From: Bacteriovoracaceae bacterium
Lineage (GTDB): Bacteria > Bdellovibrionota > Bacteriovoracia > Bacteriovoracales > Bacteriovoracaceae
DNA: 41,106 nucleotides
Direction of reading: 5' to 3'
Assembly (NCBI GenBank): GCA_018649885.1
Contig: JABIHA010000038.1
Coordinates: 1-41,106, forward strand
In this document: one piece after another, positions 9,340-20,081 of the stretch
Position numbering within the stretch: position 1 is the stretch's first letter
How the letters are laid out: the number at the start of each line of letters is the position of its first letter
Position numbers and translations under genes: made by a program
Notes under the pieces: generated by a model
What the model was told of the DNA's origin: nothing
Seen by the model: the letters and a program-made list of their open reading frames with translations, nothing else
The model's database searches: none

Positions 9340-10619
9340 AGGTACTGGTCATTGGAAAAGGTGGAAGAGAACATGCAATGGCCTGGAAACTGGCACAGGG
9401 ACCAAGTGTATCTAAAGTATTTGTCGCCCCTGGAAATCCAGGGATGGAAGCAGATCAAAAAATAGAATGTGTAGGAATTGGTGAAACTGATTTTGAAGCT
9501 CTCAGCAAATTTTTCATCGACCATGATATTAGCTATGCGGTAGTAGGAGCTGAAGTTCCTCTCGATAGAGGCATTGTAGATTTTTTCCTATCAAAGAAGC
9601 TACCTATTATAGGTCCTACCAAATTGTCCACTAAGCTTGAAAGCTCAAAAATATATTCAAAACAAACGATGCTAGCTGCAGAAATCCCAACAGCAGAGGC
9701 CCTATTCTTCGACCATCTAAAAGATATTGTTCAGTATATTGGCACTAGTGAATTTGATCCCAAAGGGTGGGTTTTAAAAGCTGATGAATTAGAGGCCGGA
9801 AAAGGCGTCTTTGTAGTCGATACAAAAAAAGAGCTCTTAAATGCTTGTGAATACCTTTTTAATAAACAAGGAAGACGAGTTCTCCTAGAGAAAAGACTGG
9901 TGGGACCTGAAGTATCCTACTTTGCCCTTTGTGACGGCGAAGAGTTCACCATTTTAGGCAATGCTTGTGATTATAAAAGACTCCTTGATCATGGCAAAGG
10001 CCCCAACACTGGTGGCATGGGATCATACTCTCCCGCAGATTGGGTCACTAAGGGCGATGAAAAAACCATTATAGAAAAAGGGTTTAAAGCTCTTTTAAAA
10101 TATCTGGCCGGTAAAGGAACTCCTTTTCATGGCTTCTTATTTCTTGGTGCCATGATTACAAAAACAGGTCCCTATATATTAGAGTACAATGTCAGAATGG
10201 GAGACCCTGAAACCCAAAGTTTAATGCCAAGGATTAAAACAGACCTGGCCACACTATTTCTAGAATACACCCAAAAATCCCCCAGCTGGACCACTACCCC
10301 CATAGAATATCACCCTGGACACGGAGTCCATGTAGTCTTGGCCTCAGCAGGTTACCCAGGAATTGACGGTGAAATAATAAAAGGGGTCAATGTAAGTTTT
10401 GATCCAGTTATCAACCAATGGGAAGAGAATCGAAGCAAGTATTTCGCTGCTGGAGTGGGACTCAATTCACGAGGTGAAATGGTTTCAACAGGTGGACGAG
10501 TAATGGGTCTTACCTCTTTATCACACAATAAGAGTGAGGCCGCGAGGCTCGTTTATCAAAATATCGGCAAGGTTCAATTTGAAGGAGCGCAGTACAGAAA
10601 TGACATCGCACAAAATTAA
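9336..10619 (+). CDS. purD: Phosphoribosylamine-glycine ligase
   Basis: KVLVIGKGGREHA, APGNPG, GPNTGGMGSYSP, EYNVRMGDPETQ; GTG 9336 overlaps the purC stop (GTGA). Confidence 0.96.
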   Translation: MKVLVIGKGGREHAMAWKLAQGPSVSKVFVAPGNPGMEADQKIECVGIGETDFEALSKFFIDHDISYAVVGAEVPLDRGIVDFFLSKKLPIIGPTKLSTKLESSKIYSKQTMLAAEIPTAEALFFDHLKDIVQYIGTSEFDPKGWVLKADELEAGKGVFVVDTKKELLNACEYLFNKQGRRVLLEKRLVGPEVSYFALCDGEEFTILGNACDYKRLLDHGKGPNTGGMGSYSPADWVTKGDEKTIIEKGFKALLKYLAGKGTPFHGFLFLGAMITKTGPYILEYNVRMGDPETQSLMPRIKTDLATLFLEYTQKSPSWTTTPIEYHPGHGVHVVLASAGYPGIDGEIIKGVNVSFDPVINQWEENRSKYFAAGVGLNSRGEMVSTGGRVMGLTSLSHNKSEAARLVYQNIGKVQFEGAQYRNDIAQN

Positions 10620-11247
10620 CCTCGCCATTTTAGCAAGTGGCTCTGGGACCAATCTTTTAAATTTAGTAGAAGTGGCGGAAAGACACAAAGATAGAGTGGA
10701 TGTGAAATGCCTCATTACAGATAAAATGGATGCAGGTTTTCTAGAGCACCCAATTTGCCACGATTATAAAAAAATTGTCGTAGAAAATTCTCCAAAACTT
10801 GGCGATAACCTGGATATTAGAAGAGCAAACCATGAAAAGGCAGTTCTAGAACACCTCTTCAATGAAGAGGTTGAGTGGATTTTACTGGCTGGGTATATGA
10901 GAATCCTAACTCCTAATTTTCTCAACTATTTCTACGATAAAAAATTGGACCAATATAAAATTATCAATATCCATCCCTCACTATTACCTAAATTTAAGGG
11001 TGTTAGAGCGATGGAAAAATCCTTTGCTTCCGGTGATAAATTGGCCGGTATTTCTGTTCACTTTGTTTCACCTGAAGTTGATGGTGGTGAGATCATTCAC
11101 AAAGAAGTCATCCCACGATTTAAGGGTGATAATTATTCAAATTTTTCTAAGCGTGCAAAAAAAGCTGAACATTTCGCTTATAAAAAGGTTTTTCTAGACC
11201 TGATCTATGGTCACGGAAAGTTCGCGCCTATAAGGGACACAATATGA
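10600..11247 (+). CDS. purN: Phosphoribosylglycinamide formyltransferase
   Basis: LASGSGTNL, LAGYMRIL, NIHPSLLPKFKG, SVHFV...DGG; start reset to ATG 10600. Confidence 0.96.
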   Translation: MTSHKINLAILASGSGTNLLNLVEVAERHKDRVDVKCLITDKMDAGFLEHPICHDYKKIVVENSPKLGDNLDIRRANHEKAVLEHLFNEEVEWILLAGYMRILTPNFLNYFYDKKLDQYKIINIHPSLLPKFKGVRAMEKSFASGDKLAGISVHFVSPEVDGGEIIHKEVIPRFKGDNYSNFSKRAKKAEHFAYKKVFLDLIYGHGKFAPIRDTI

Positions 11248-14200
11248 AAAGAATCGAAATCAGTGAAAAAGATCAAATATCTTTTACTCAAGGTACTATT
11301 AAAAGGGCCCACGATTTCTTTGAACTAGAAATAGAGGCAATCGAGAAAAGGCAAATTTACTGGATTGATGCTAGAAACTCAAAGTCAGCTCCAAGTGATA
11401 TTGTTGATCAAATTTCAAAAAATGTTTTATCCCATCCACTTGCAGAAAATACCTACCTTACAAAAGACTATTCAAAGGGCCAGTTTAACTACCTTGTTGA
11501 AGTCAATTTTTTACCTGGAGTGACAGACAATACTGCAGGCGGAGTGGTTGCGGCCACCCATTTGTATTGTGACTTAGATGATATCAAGGCACATACAGGA
11601 ACTCTCTACCTCATAAGATCAACTGCCAAGAAAGAACAAATTGAAAGTTTTGTTAGTCAATCCTTTGCCAACCCACTTCTTCAAAATATTCATATGCACT
11701 GTGAAAGTGATGAAATTGCGGCCTATGCCCCATTTGAGAATTTCCCTGATTTTGAATGCAAAGGCACTGATGAAAAACTCTATGAGCTCACTAATTTAAA
11801 CCAGGATATCGATTCCCTTTATAAACTTTCCCGAGAAAAACTTTGGAATTTCGAAATAGATGAACTCAAATATATTCAGTCATTTTACAAAAAAGAAGAT
11901 ATTTTAAAATCTCGATCAAAACTAGGACTTCCGGCAGAACCTACAGACGTAGAACTGGAAGTGATGGCACAAAGTTGGAGTGAGCACTGCAAACACAAAA
12001 TTTTCGCAGCTGATATTGAATATACTGAAAAGTCAGATAATTCATACCACTCAGTAAGTAATGCCACCATCGGTGGTCTTTTTCCTACTTATATAAAGGG
12101 TGCAACCAATCATCTGATTGAAAAAGAAGGTATTGATTTCACTAGGTCGCTTTTTGTGGACAATGCAGGTGTTGTTAATTTTGATGAAGGCGTGGATCTA
12201 TGTGTAAAAGTTGAAACCCATAACTCCCCTTCTGTGCTCGATCCCTACGGTGGCTCCTTAACAGGAATCCTAGGTGTCAACCGAGATATTTTAGGAACAG
12301 GAATGGGGGCGATCCCACTAGCAAATATTGATGTCTTTTGCTTTGGCAAACCTGAACACGATACCAGGCACTATCCTAAAACTGTAAAATCTACCAAGCA
12401 TATTTTAGAAGGCGTACACAAGGGAATCATTGACGGTGGAAACAAATCGGGAATCCCAACAATTAATGGAAGCTTTTCTTTTCACCGAAATTTTGGATCA
12501 AGACCTTTAATATTTTGCGGAACCATTGGGGCCATGAAACCTGGGGATCACAAAAAGATGATGAACGAAGGCGATAGAGTCTTTATGATCGGAGGCCTTG
12601 TAGGAAAAGACGGCATTCATGGGGCCACATTTAGCTCTAGAGAATTAGATCAAAGCTCCCCTCTTTCGGCAGTTCAAATCGGTGACCCTTTCACCCAAAG
12701 ACTAGTTTGGGATTTTTTAGAAAAGGCCCGCGAGCTCAAACTCTACAGCTCAATCACCGACAATGGTGCCGGTGGATTAAGCTCAAGTGTAGGAGAGATG
12801 GCCTGTGAAACTGGTGGAGCAGTAATCGATTTAAAAAAGGTAGGACTGAAATATCCAGGCCTAGCGCCTTATGAAATTATGATCTCAGAGTCCCAAGAGA
12901 GAATGACTCTTTCTGTACCCTCTGAAAATGTAGATGAATTTGAAAGTCTCGCTCAGTCTTTTGGGGTAGAGCACTGCAATCTTGGTGAATTTAATTCGTC
13001 GGGTCACCTCCATGTATGTTACGGCGATGAGACTGTGGCCTATCTCAACTTATCCTTTCTCCATGAGACACTTCCTAAATTGCAACTTAAGGCCAAGTGG
13101 TCTCCAGGTTGTCTGGGAGAAATAGACTTATCAAACACTGAAACAAAACAGACACCTTCTATTGATGAAGCTCTGCTTGAACTACTCGCTCATCCCAATA
13201 TCTGCTCAAAAGAGAGTTATGTTAGGCAATATGATTTTGAAGTGGGAGGCCTTAGTGCTGTCAAACCCTTTGGTGGAAAGTCTGAAAAAACGGCCAACAA
13301 TAGTGGAGTCATCTGGCTTGGCCCCATGGGTTCAAAAAACCAAAGTGCAGGTGTTTGCCTAGGACATGGAATTACTCATTCCCTTAGCTTTATCGATCCA
13401 TACTTAGCAGGAATCTACGCAGTTGATGAGGCCATGAGAAATATACTTTCCACAGGCGCCGATATCACCAAAGTTTGTATCACTGACAACTTCTGTATGC
13501 CCGATCCCCTGCCGGGAAAATCAAATGTATTGGCCGAAGAAAAATTGGGCTCTCTTGTGAGGTTATGTGAGGGTTTAAAAGATGCCGCCATTGTTTACAA
13601 GGCCCCACTAGTTAGTGGTAAAGATAGTATGAAAAATGACTTTATGGGTGAGTCAAACCAGGGCGAAATGGTAAGGGAGAGCATCCCCCCTACTCTCTTA
13701 GTCACTGCCATGGCCCATGTTAATGATATTGCAAAGACTCTTACATCAGACTTTAAAAATAGCTTTAGCTCCATTTATGCTATCGGAGAGGGTGATACCA
13801 CGCTACTGGGAAGTCACTATCAAAGTCTTTTTCAAGTATCAGATAATAGCATTCCAAAAGTTCCCGATTTAGAGAAAAATTACCAACTCTTCCGAGCTCT
13901 ATCGACGGCCACATCAAAGGCCCTTGTTGAGTCATGCCACGATATTTCAGATGGTGGGCTTCTGGTGACCATTTCAGAATCTATGATTGGTGGAGATTTG
14001 GGAGCTGTCATTGACTTAGATATAAGGATGCATGATTTGCGCTCCACATTTTTCAACGAAAGTCCTGGAAGATTTGTGGTAAGCGTAGCAAATGACCAAG
14101 TCAATGAGTTTGAAAATACCTTTAAAGGTCTGCCAGTTTTAAAAATTGGTCAAACTTCACTTACTCAAAAACTAGTTGTTAATAATAGCGGTAAACTTGT

Positions 14201-14261
14201 TTTTTCTACAGCACTAGATGATTTATCTAAGGCCTGGAGGAGTTCATTATGGCAAAAATAA
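11244..14261 (+). CDS. purL: FGAM synthase synthetase subunit with N-terminal PurS-like extension
   Basis: QSWSEHCKHK, KVETHNSPS, DGIHGATFSS, DNGAGGL, SESQERM, HDISDGG; N-terminal LPGVTDN/ANPLLQ segment; no glutaminase domain. Confidence 0.96.
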   Translation: MKRIEISEKDQISFTQGTIKRAHDFFELEIEAIEKRQIYWIDARNSKSAPSDIVDQISKNVLSHPLAENTYLTKDYSKGQFNYLVEVNFLPGVTDNTAGGVVAATHLYCDLDDIKAHTGTLYLIRSTAKKEQIESFVSQSFANPLLQNIHMHCESDEIAAYAPFENFPDFECKGTDEKLYELTNLNQDIDSLYKLSREKLWNFEIDELKYIQSFYKKEDILKSRSKLGLPAEPTDVELEVMAQSWSEHCKHKIFAADIEYTEKSDNSYHSVSNATIGGLFPTYIKGATNHLIEKEGIDFTRSLFVDNAGVVNFDEGVDLCVKVETHNSPSVLDPYGGSLTGILGVNRDILGTGMGAIPLANIDVFCFGKPEHDTRHYPKTVKSTKHILEGVHKGIIDGGNKSGIPTINGSFSFHRNFGSRPLIFCGTIGAMKPGDHKKMMNEGDRVFMIGGLVGKDGIHGATFSSRELDQSSPLSAVQIGDPFTQRLVWDFLEKARELKLYSSITDNGAGGLSSSVGEMACETGGAVIDLKKVGLKYPGLAPYEIMISESQERMTLSVPSENVDEFESLAQSFGVEHCNLGEFNSSGHLHVCYGDETVAYLNLSFLHETLPKLQLKAKWSPGCLGEIDLSNTETKQTPSIDEALLELLAHPNICSKESYVRQYDFEVGGLSAVKPFGGKSEKTANNSGVIWLGPMGSKNQSAGVCLGHGITHSLSFIDPYLAGIYAVDEAMRNILSTGADITKVCITDNFCMPDPLPGKSNVLAEEKLGSLVRLCEGLKDAAIVYKAPLVSGKDSMKNDFMGESNQGEMVRESIPPTLLVTAMAHVNDIAKTLTSDFKNSFSSIYAIGEGDTTLLGSHYQSLFQVSDNSIPKVPDLEKNYQLFRALSTATSKALVESCHDISDGGLLVTISESMIGGDLGAVIDLDIRMHDLRSTFFNESPGRFVVSVANDQVNEFENTFKGLPVLKIGQTSLTQKLVVNNSGKLVFSTALDDLSKAWRSSLWQK

Positions 14262-14992
14262 AAGCACTCGTTCTCTCAGGAATGGGTATTAACTGCCACA
14301 AAGAAACGGCAAGGGCCTTTGATATGGCCGGCGCTGAAACTTCAACAATTCCTCTTGGCATGCTCAAAGAGCACCAGCTCATTTTGAGAGATTACCAAAT
14401 ACTGGCCCTTCCAGGTGGGTTCTCCTATGGTGATGAAATTCAATCAGGAAGAGTACTGGCCTTATATCTTAAAAAATACTTGGGAGAATCTCTTTACCAG
14501 TTTGCTGAAAAAGGCCATCCCATACTTGGCATCTGCAATGGATTTCAAACTCTAGCAGAACTCGGTTTACTGTCCCCCAAAGGCCTTAGAGAAGATATTT
14601 CTTTAATAGACAACGACCACGGTAAATTTGAAGATAGGTGGGTTGATGTAAAAGTGACAGGTAACACCCATTGTCTGTGGACAAAAGGTATAGGAGTTGA
14701 TGGACCAGTCCATCTTCCCCTAAGAAATAAACAAGGAAGGCTTGTTGCAACTGACTCTTATAAAAAGCACCTCAGTGATAACTCTCAGCTTAAGGCCCTT
14801 ACCTATTCAACCTATGAAAATGGATCATATGAGCATATTGCAGGCCTTACAAATAAGGGTGGAAATATTCTAGGTCTGATGCCACATCCAGAAGCTTGTG
14901 TATTAAATTTACAAACTTGCAATAACCACCACCCCTTCAAAGAAGGGGCCGGGCTTAAGTTTTTCATAAATGCGGTTGAATACTTAAAATAA
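14249..14992 (+). CDS. purQ: FGAM synthase glutaminase subunit
   Basis: GINC, PGGFSYGD, GICNGFQ (Cys nucleophile), GLMPHPE (His-Glu). Confidence 0.95.
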   Translation: MAKIKALVLSGMGINCHKETARAFDMAGAETSTIPLGMLKEHQLILRDYQILALPGGFSYGDEIQSGRVLALYLKKYLGESLYQFAEKGHPILGICNGFQTLAELGLLSPKGLREDISLIDNDHGKFEDRWVDVKVTGNTHCLWTKGIGVDGPVHLPLRNKQGRLVATDSYKKHLSDNSQLKALTYSTYENGSYEHIAGLTNKGGNILGLMPHPEACVLNLQTCNNHHPFKEGAGLKFFINAVEYLK

Positions 14993-14998
14993 GAAGGA

Positions 14999-16621
14999 GT
15001 GCCCATGAATTTAAAAATTAAAAGAGCTCTACTCAGTGTATCTGATAAGACTCAGCTGCTAGATCTTGCTGAAAGATTAGCAGGACGGGGAGTTGAATTA
15101 ATTGCCACTGGTGGAACTTACCAAAAAATATTTGAAGCAGGATTTCCTGTGACAAAAGTTGAAGAAATCACTCACACTCCTGAGCTATTTGATGGAAGAA
15201 TAAAAACCCTTAGTTTTAATTTAATGGGTGGACTATTATTTGACCGAAAAAATAGTGAGCACGTCTCCCAGGCCGCCACCCATGGTATTGGTGCCATTGA
15301 CATGATCGTGGTGAATCTCTATCCCTTTGAAGAAAAACTCAAATCAAAAAAGACTTGGGATATTTTAATTGAAAATATCGATATTGGCGGCCCCACGATG
15401 ATTAGGGCCAGTGCCAAAAACTACAAAAACGTTGCGGTTTTAACAAATCCTGCTCAGTACCAAGGATTTTTGGAAGAGTTTGATAAAAATGGAGCTGTCA
15501 GTGTTCAAAGCCGTTTTGAATGGGCAAAACAAGCGTTCATGATGACTGCTAAATACGATGGGCTGATTGCCAACACCTGGCAGGATCAAAATACCACAGA
15601 TTGTGAAAAGGCCAGAGAGATAAATTTTCTTGCTCTAGAAAATATCAGTAAACTTCGATACGGAGAAAACCCTCACCAAAATGCCCACTGGAAAAAAGAT
15701 GCACTCGATGTCACGGCAGGGTCACGAGGTTTTTCCAATGCTAAGATTTTACAGGGAAAACCCCTATCTTATAATAACCTGCTCGATATGGAAGTTGCCT
15801 ATAAAACAAGTTGTGAGCTTGAAAAGCTCATGGAGAACGAAGGGAGCTGTAGTGGAAACTTCGGTGCGGTTATTGTTAAACACCTTACTCCTTGCGGTTT
15901 GGCACTTGGGAAAAGTCAACTTGAGGCCTTAGAGTGGGCATGGAGTGGAGATCCCACCTCAAGCTTTGGAAGTATTATTGCCCTATCTGGAAGTGTTGAA
16001 GAAGACACAGCAACCTGGCTTTCAAAGAAATTCATCGAAATTATTATTGCTCCCGACTTTTCAAATAAGGCAATTGAAATTCTCGGTGCAAAGAAAAACC
16101 TAAGACTCATCAAACAGCCTATGAGCACCTTTACTGACACAGAAGAGATTCGCTCCATTGGCTCAGGTGAGTACCTTGTTCAAGACCCCGATTGGGATCA
16201 CGATAGAGAGTTTAAGTCGGTGACTAAGTGTAAGTTTCCAGCTGAGCTTCACACTATGGCAAAATTTGGAACCCTCACCACAAAATACTTAAAAAGTAAT
16301 GCAGTCAGCGTGGTTGGCATAGGCCCTCATGGACTGCCCATGCTCCTTAGTGCAGGAATGGGTCAACCCAATCGCCTAGAGGCCATCTCATATCTACTGG
16401 GGCCAAGACTTTTGGCGAAAGACTTTGTGGATTACAATAAGTGTGTCGTGGTCTCTGATGCCTTTTTTCCATTCGCAGACAGCATTGAATCTCTTGACCA
16501 ACTAAACTTAAAATATATTGTGCAACCTGGTGGATCTATCAAAGATAGTGAAGTCATTGGTGCCTGTGATGAACTTGGACTCTCTATGGTTCTAACAGGA
16601 AGAAGACACTTTAAGCACTAA
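14999..16621 (+). CDS. purH: Bifunctional AICAR transformylase / IMP cyclohydrolase
   Basis: RALLSVSDK, IDIGGPTMIRASAKN, LRYGENPHQ, SDAFFPF, QPGGS, GRRHFKH; start may be ATG 15005. Confidence 0.97.
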   Translation: MPMNLKIKRALLSVSDKTQLLDLAERLAGRGVELIATGGTYQKIFEAGFPVTKVEEITHTPELFDGRIKTLSFNLMGGLLFDRKNSEHVSQAATHGIGAIDMIVVNLYPFEEKLKSKKTWDILIENIDIGGPTMIRASAKNYKNVAVLTNPAQYQGFLEEFDKNGAVSVQSRFEWAKQAFMMTAKYDGLIANTWQDQNTTDCEKAREINFLALENISKLRYGENPHQNAHWKKDALDVTAGSRGFSNAKILQGKPLSYNNLLDMEVAYKTSCELEKLMENEGSCSGNFGAVIVKHLTPCGLALGKSQLEALEWAWSGDPTSSFGSIIALSGSVEEDTATWLSKKFIEIIIAPDFSNKAIEILGAKKNLRLIKQPMSTFTDTEEIRSIGSGEYLVQDPDWDHDREFKSVTKCKFPAELHTMAKFGTLTTKYLKSNAVSVVGIGPHGLPMLLSAGMGQPNRLEAISYLLGPRLLAKDFVDYNKCVVVSDAFFPFADSIESLDQLNLKYIVQPGGSIKDSEVIGACDELGLSMVLTGRRHFKH

Positions 16622-16630
16622 GGAAAACTT

Positions 16631-17635
16631 ATGGATACTTCAAGCTATGAAGACTCAGGTGTGAGCATTAAAAATGGAGAAATCTTAGTCAACTCCATTA
16701 AATCCATGGTCAAAAATGGTTACAATGAAAATGTTGTGGGCACCATCGGTGGATTTTGTGCTCTTTACCAGTGGGGAGATAACTACCTCGCCTCATCAAC
16801 TGATGGAGTGGGAACAAAGCTTCTACTTGCTCAAGAACTTGGTGATCACTCTACTGTGGGTATTGATCTTGTTGCCATGTCAGTAAATGATCTTATTTGC
16901 TCTGGGGCAAGGCCATTATTTTTTCTGGATTATTTTGGCACGGGAAAACTCTCTCCTGAAGTTGCCACTCAAGTAATTGCTGGAATTGTAGAGGGCTGTA
17001 ACCAATGTAAGATCCCTCTCATTGGCGGCGAAACTGCTGAGATGCCAGGAATGTATCCCAACGGCGAATACGACCTAGCTGGTTTTGCCATGGGAATGCT
17101 GGAAAAGAAGAAATTAATAAGTGGTGAAAATATTAAACCGGGAAGCGCACTCATAGGTCTGCCCTCAAATGGATTTCACTCCAATGGTTACTCCCTCATC
17201 AGAAAGCTCATAGCAGACTGGGATACTTCCGAGAAAAAATCATTTTTGGCCCCCACTAAAATTTATGTAAATGTTGTGCTCGCACTTATTGAAACTCTTG
17301 GCGAGCATATTCAAGGCATCTCACACATCACGGGCTCAGGATTTCACAATATAAGAAGAATGAACCCAGAAGTAAGCTACCAAATCACCTACTCTCCCGA
17401 AAAAGGAAGTTTAGTTGAGAAGGCCTGCTCAAAGTGGGGAATTGAAAAAAGCGAGCTCTACCAAACCTTTAATATGGGCATTGGAATGGTGATCGCAACA
17501 GATCGCCCTGAAGAGGTTCTTAGTCAGGCAAAAGGCAGTGTTCTCTTAGGTAAAGTGGTCAGCGGAAATGGAGAGATTTTGATCAACGATGGCGGCGAAA
17601 ATATCACTCTCACAAAAAAGCAGCTAGGTGATTAA
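16631..17635 (+). CDS. purM: AIR synthetase (phosphoribosylformylglycinamidine cyclo-ligase)
   Basis: TDGVGTK, GIDLVAMSVND, GGETAEMPG, HSNGYSL, TFNMGIG. Confidence 0.97.
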   Translation: MDTSSYEDSGVSIKNGEILVNSIKSMVKNGYNENVVGTIGGFCALYQWGDNYLASSTDGVGTKLLLAQELGDHSTVGIDLVAMSVNDLICSGARPLFFLDYFGTGKLSPEVATQVIAGIVEGCNQCKIPLIGGETAEMPGMYPNGEYDLAGFAMGMLEKKKLISGENIKPGSALIGLPSNGFHSNGYSLIRKLIADWDTSEKKSFLAPTKIYVNVVLALIETLGEHIQGISHITGSGFHNIRRMNPEVSYQITYSPEKGSLVEKACSKWGIEKSELYQTFNMGIGMVIATDRPEEVLSQAKGSVLLGKVVSGNGEILINDGGENITLTKKQLGD

Positions 17636-17644
17636 AATAGATTT

Positions 17645-18229
17645 ATGAATATCATCCTCGCTAGCACCTCCGTTTATAGAAAAGATCTTTTAAAAAGACT
17701 CGGCATAGATTTTGATTGTATCGCCCCAGATTTTGATGAAGATACTATCAATGCCTGCACCTACTCGGCCAAAGATCTGGCCTGTTTACTGGCAGAAAAA
17801 AAGGCCCATTCACTAACACTCGCTCACCCTAACCAAATCATCATAGGAAGTGATCAAGTTTGTACCGAGGGTGGAGAGATTTTTGGAAAACCCCTTACTC
17901 ACCAAAAGGCCACCTCTCAACTCCAGAGATTATCTGGAAAGGTTCACGAGCTGATCACGGCAGTGTGTGTTTGTAAGGGAGAAAATACGCAGACCTTCTT
18001 TGATCGAACCTCCCTACATATGTCTCAGTTGAGTGATGACATGATCGAGCGCTACCTGAAGCTCGACACTCCCTACCACTGTGCTGGCTCATATAAAATC
18101 GAATCCTACGGCATTACACTATTTGATTCCATTGATACTCAGGACTTTAATGCCATCACCGGGCTGCCCCTTTTGAAACTCTCAGCAGTACTCAAAACTT
18201 TAGGGGTTCAACCCCTAGAAAAAGCATAG
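17645..18229 (+). CDS. maf: Maf-family nucleotide pyrophosphatase (YceF-like)
   Basis: ILASTSVYR, IIGSDQV, GKP, CAGSYKIE, GLPL. Confidence 0.92.
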   Translation: MNIILASTSVYRKDLLKRLGIDFDCIAPDFDEDTINACTYSAKDLACLLAEKKAHSLTLAHPNQIIIGSDQVCTEGGEIFGKPLTHQKATSQLQRLSGKVHELITAVCVCKGENTQTFFDRTSLHMSQLSDDMIERYLKLDTPYHCAGSYKIESYGITLFDSIDTQDFNAITGLPLLKLSAVLKTLGVQPLEKA

Positions 18230-18311
18230 TAATAGCTTCCCGCGTTACAATGGATTCTTTCCAATTAATGAATTATTTATTAAGAGTAGCTCTTTAACGA
18301 AGGGGAATTCG

Positions 18312-18866
18312 ATGAAAATACTTGGACTACTATGTCTATTGCTGGCCACGTCTGCACAGGCCTCATTTAACAATTACTGTAATGGCGCACCTAAAACTCA
18401 CTTTAAAACACCACTTTATCCCAACGGAAAAAGCGTCAAAAATCAATTCAATAATTATTTTTATCCCAGTGGTCGTAAAGTCAGACCTTACGGAAAGTCA
18501 TATTGGCCTACAGGAGTTAGGGTTATTAACTTTGATGATGTTAGATACCCCAATAATCAAAAACTAAAAAACTTCGGCACAGTCTATTATCCAAATGGTA
18601 ATACCGCTAAAAAACTGGGCAAATGCTATAACAAAAATGGCAAATCGATTAAGTGTAATCAAGTCGTTTCAGTTTCAGGAACAATCGGACACTACAATTT
18701 TGGTTACTACAGAAAAACCATGAAATATTCGGGAAAACTGGACTTGAGTAACGGCACACTTAGATCATTTTGGTCATTTGTCTTCTACTATGATGATTAC
18801 AATATGGGCCTAAATGTAGGACTTAATGGTGGTGCCATCAGCGGTATTAAAGTTGCCTGTCACTAA
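18312..18866 (+). CDS. Secreted hypothetical protein with short YPNG-type repeats
   Basis: Signal peptide ending AQA; AAGGGG RBS; repeated YPNG/YPSG/WPTG/YPNN/YPNG/YNKNG units. Confidence 0.75.
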   Translation: MKILGLLCLLLATSAQASFNNYCNGAPKTHFKTPLYPNGKSVKNQFNNYFYPSGRKVRPYGKSYWPTGVRVINFDDVRYPNNQKLKNFGTVYYPNGNTAKKLGKCYNKNGKSIKCNQVVSVSGTIGHYNFGYYRKTMKYSGKLDLSNGTLRSFWSFVFYYDDYNMGLNVGLNGGAISGIKVACH

Positions 18867-18888
18867 GATAATACGCCCCAGTCTTTTG

Positions 18889-18922
18889 GCCATGTGTAGA
18901 AATAGCTAAGAAAACACATGGC
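18889..18922. terminator. Inverted repeat between convergent genes (possible terminator)
   Basis: GCCATGTGT...ACACATGGC 9-bp arms with a long loop; no clear T-tract. Confidence 0.4.
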
Positions 18923-19034
18923 ACCTACGATGAAAAGTATCATTCCCAGGGGAAGTATACTTATTCCCATAACAATTCTGGAGCCCGACCAGCGCCCAAA
19001 AAAATATAGATTTACGACAAGCTAATAAGTTAGG

Positions 19035-20081
19035 TTACTTGCGCTTAGCTCGAAAGTATAAAGTTAGATCTGCCCTAACCATAAAATCTTGAGCGATGGG
19101 AGCAAATCGACCTTTTACAGAGGCCTTTATCATAGCACCTCCTTTGAGCTTTCGCTTAAGGCCAAGTTCAGCTAACCAGCTTACACCTTCTGCATTATAG
19201 ATTCCCGAACTAAGTTCTCCGTGAAGAGTTGGTTCATAGTATTCATAGAATACGCCTGCATTAAGACCGGCCACGACATCATTAAGATTAAAACCATAAC
19301 CAAAAACAATTTTCTTTGCACCATGAAAATCAACAAGGCCTTCTAAAATGACACTTATGGCATTAAAATCTGCTCTAGCTGCTGCCTTTATATAATTTTC
19401 ACCTTCTAAATGCTCATATCCAAGTTCAGCACTTATCTTTTTTAACACTTCACTATCAATAACCGCTTCTTTTGACATTTCAATTTCTACATAATTGATA
19501 GTTTCTAGCTTTTCCCAACGAGTGATGAAGCTTGGATCATCTTCTCCGGTAATAGACTTCACTCCAACAATTGCCCCAACTGTCACGGAAATTTCACCGT
19601 ATTCTGGATGATCAACAATCACTCTTCCACCATCAACCCATCCAGCACGATCAAGGCCGGTTTTATTATCTAGACCGCTCTCAATCCCTAAAGCTCCTAA
19701 TTGTGCTTGGACTCTGGTCTGCGCTAGTTTTGTATGTACTTCGGCAAAGGCCCTTCGTTGATGCACCTCAAATGGTCTCAACACATCGCCTTCTTCAACA
19801 GTACTAAACGAGCCGTTAAATGTTTCTCCTGTAGACATACTTGTGACAAATTGAACTAAAGTATCCTCACTTAATTTGAGCCCTACATTTCCACTAAAAA
19901 CAAATTTAACTCTTCCACGACCTTCCATCTCCTTTGCATTTTCAAAAACTTCCACTCTTACCCCAGTATCAACTCTCACTTCTGAAACAATATCTACGGC
20001 GTGAGCATTTCCAGAGAGGGTATTCGCGAAAGAGAGAGAACTTGCCACTAGCAAAAGAACTATGTTTTTAGAAAAAATCAT
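19035..20081 (-). CDS. Porin-like outer-membrane beta-barrel protein
   Basis: Signal peptide; alternating hydrophobic strands throughout; C-terminal ADLTLYF; GGGGG RBS upstream. Confidence 0.65.
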   Translation of the reverse strand: MIFSKNIVLLLVASSLSFANTLSGNAHAVDIVSEVRVDTGVRVEVFENAKEMEGRGRVKFVFSGNVGLKLSEDTLVQFVTSMSTGETFNGSFSTVEEGDVLRPFEVHQRRAFAEVHTKLAQTRVQAQLGALGIESGLDNKTGLDRAGWVDGGRVIVDHPEYGEISVTVGAIVGVKSITGEDDPSFITRWEKLETINYVEIEMSKEAVIDSEVLKKISAELGYEHLEGENYIKAAARADFNAISVILEGLVDFHGAKKIVFGYGFNLNDVVAGLNAGVFYEYYEPTLHGELSSGIYNAEGVSWLAELGLKRKLKGGAMIKASVKGRFAPIAQDFMVRADLTLYFRAKRK

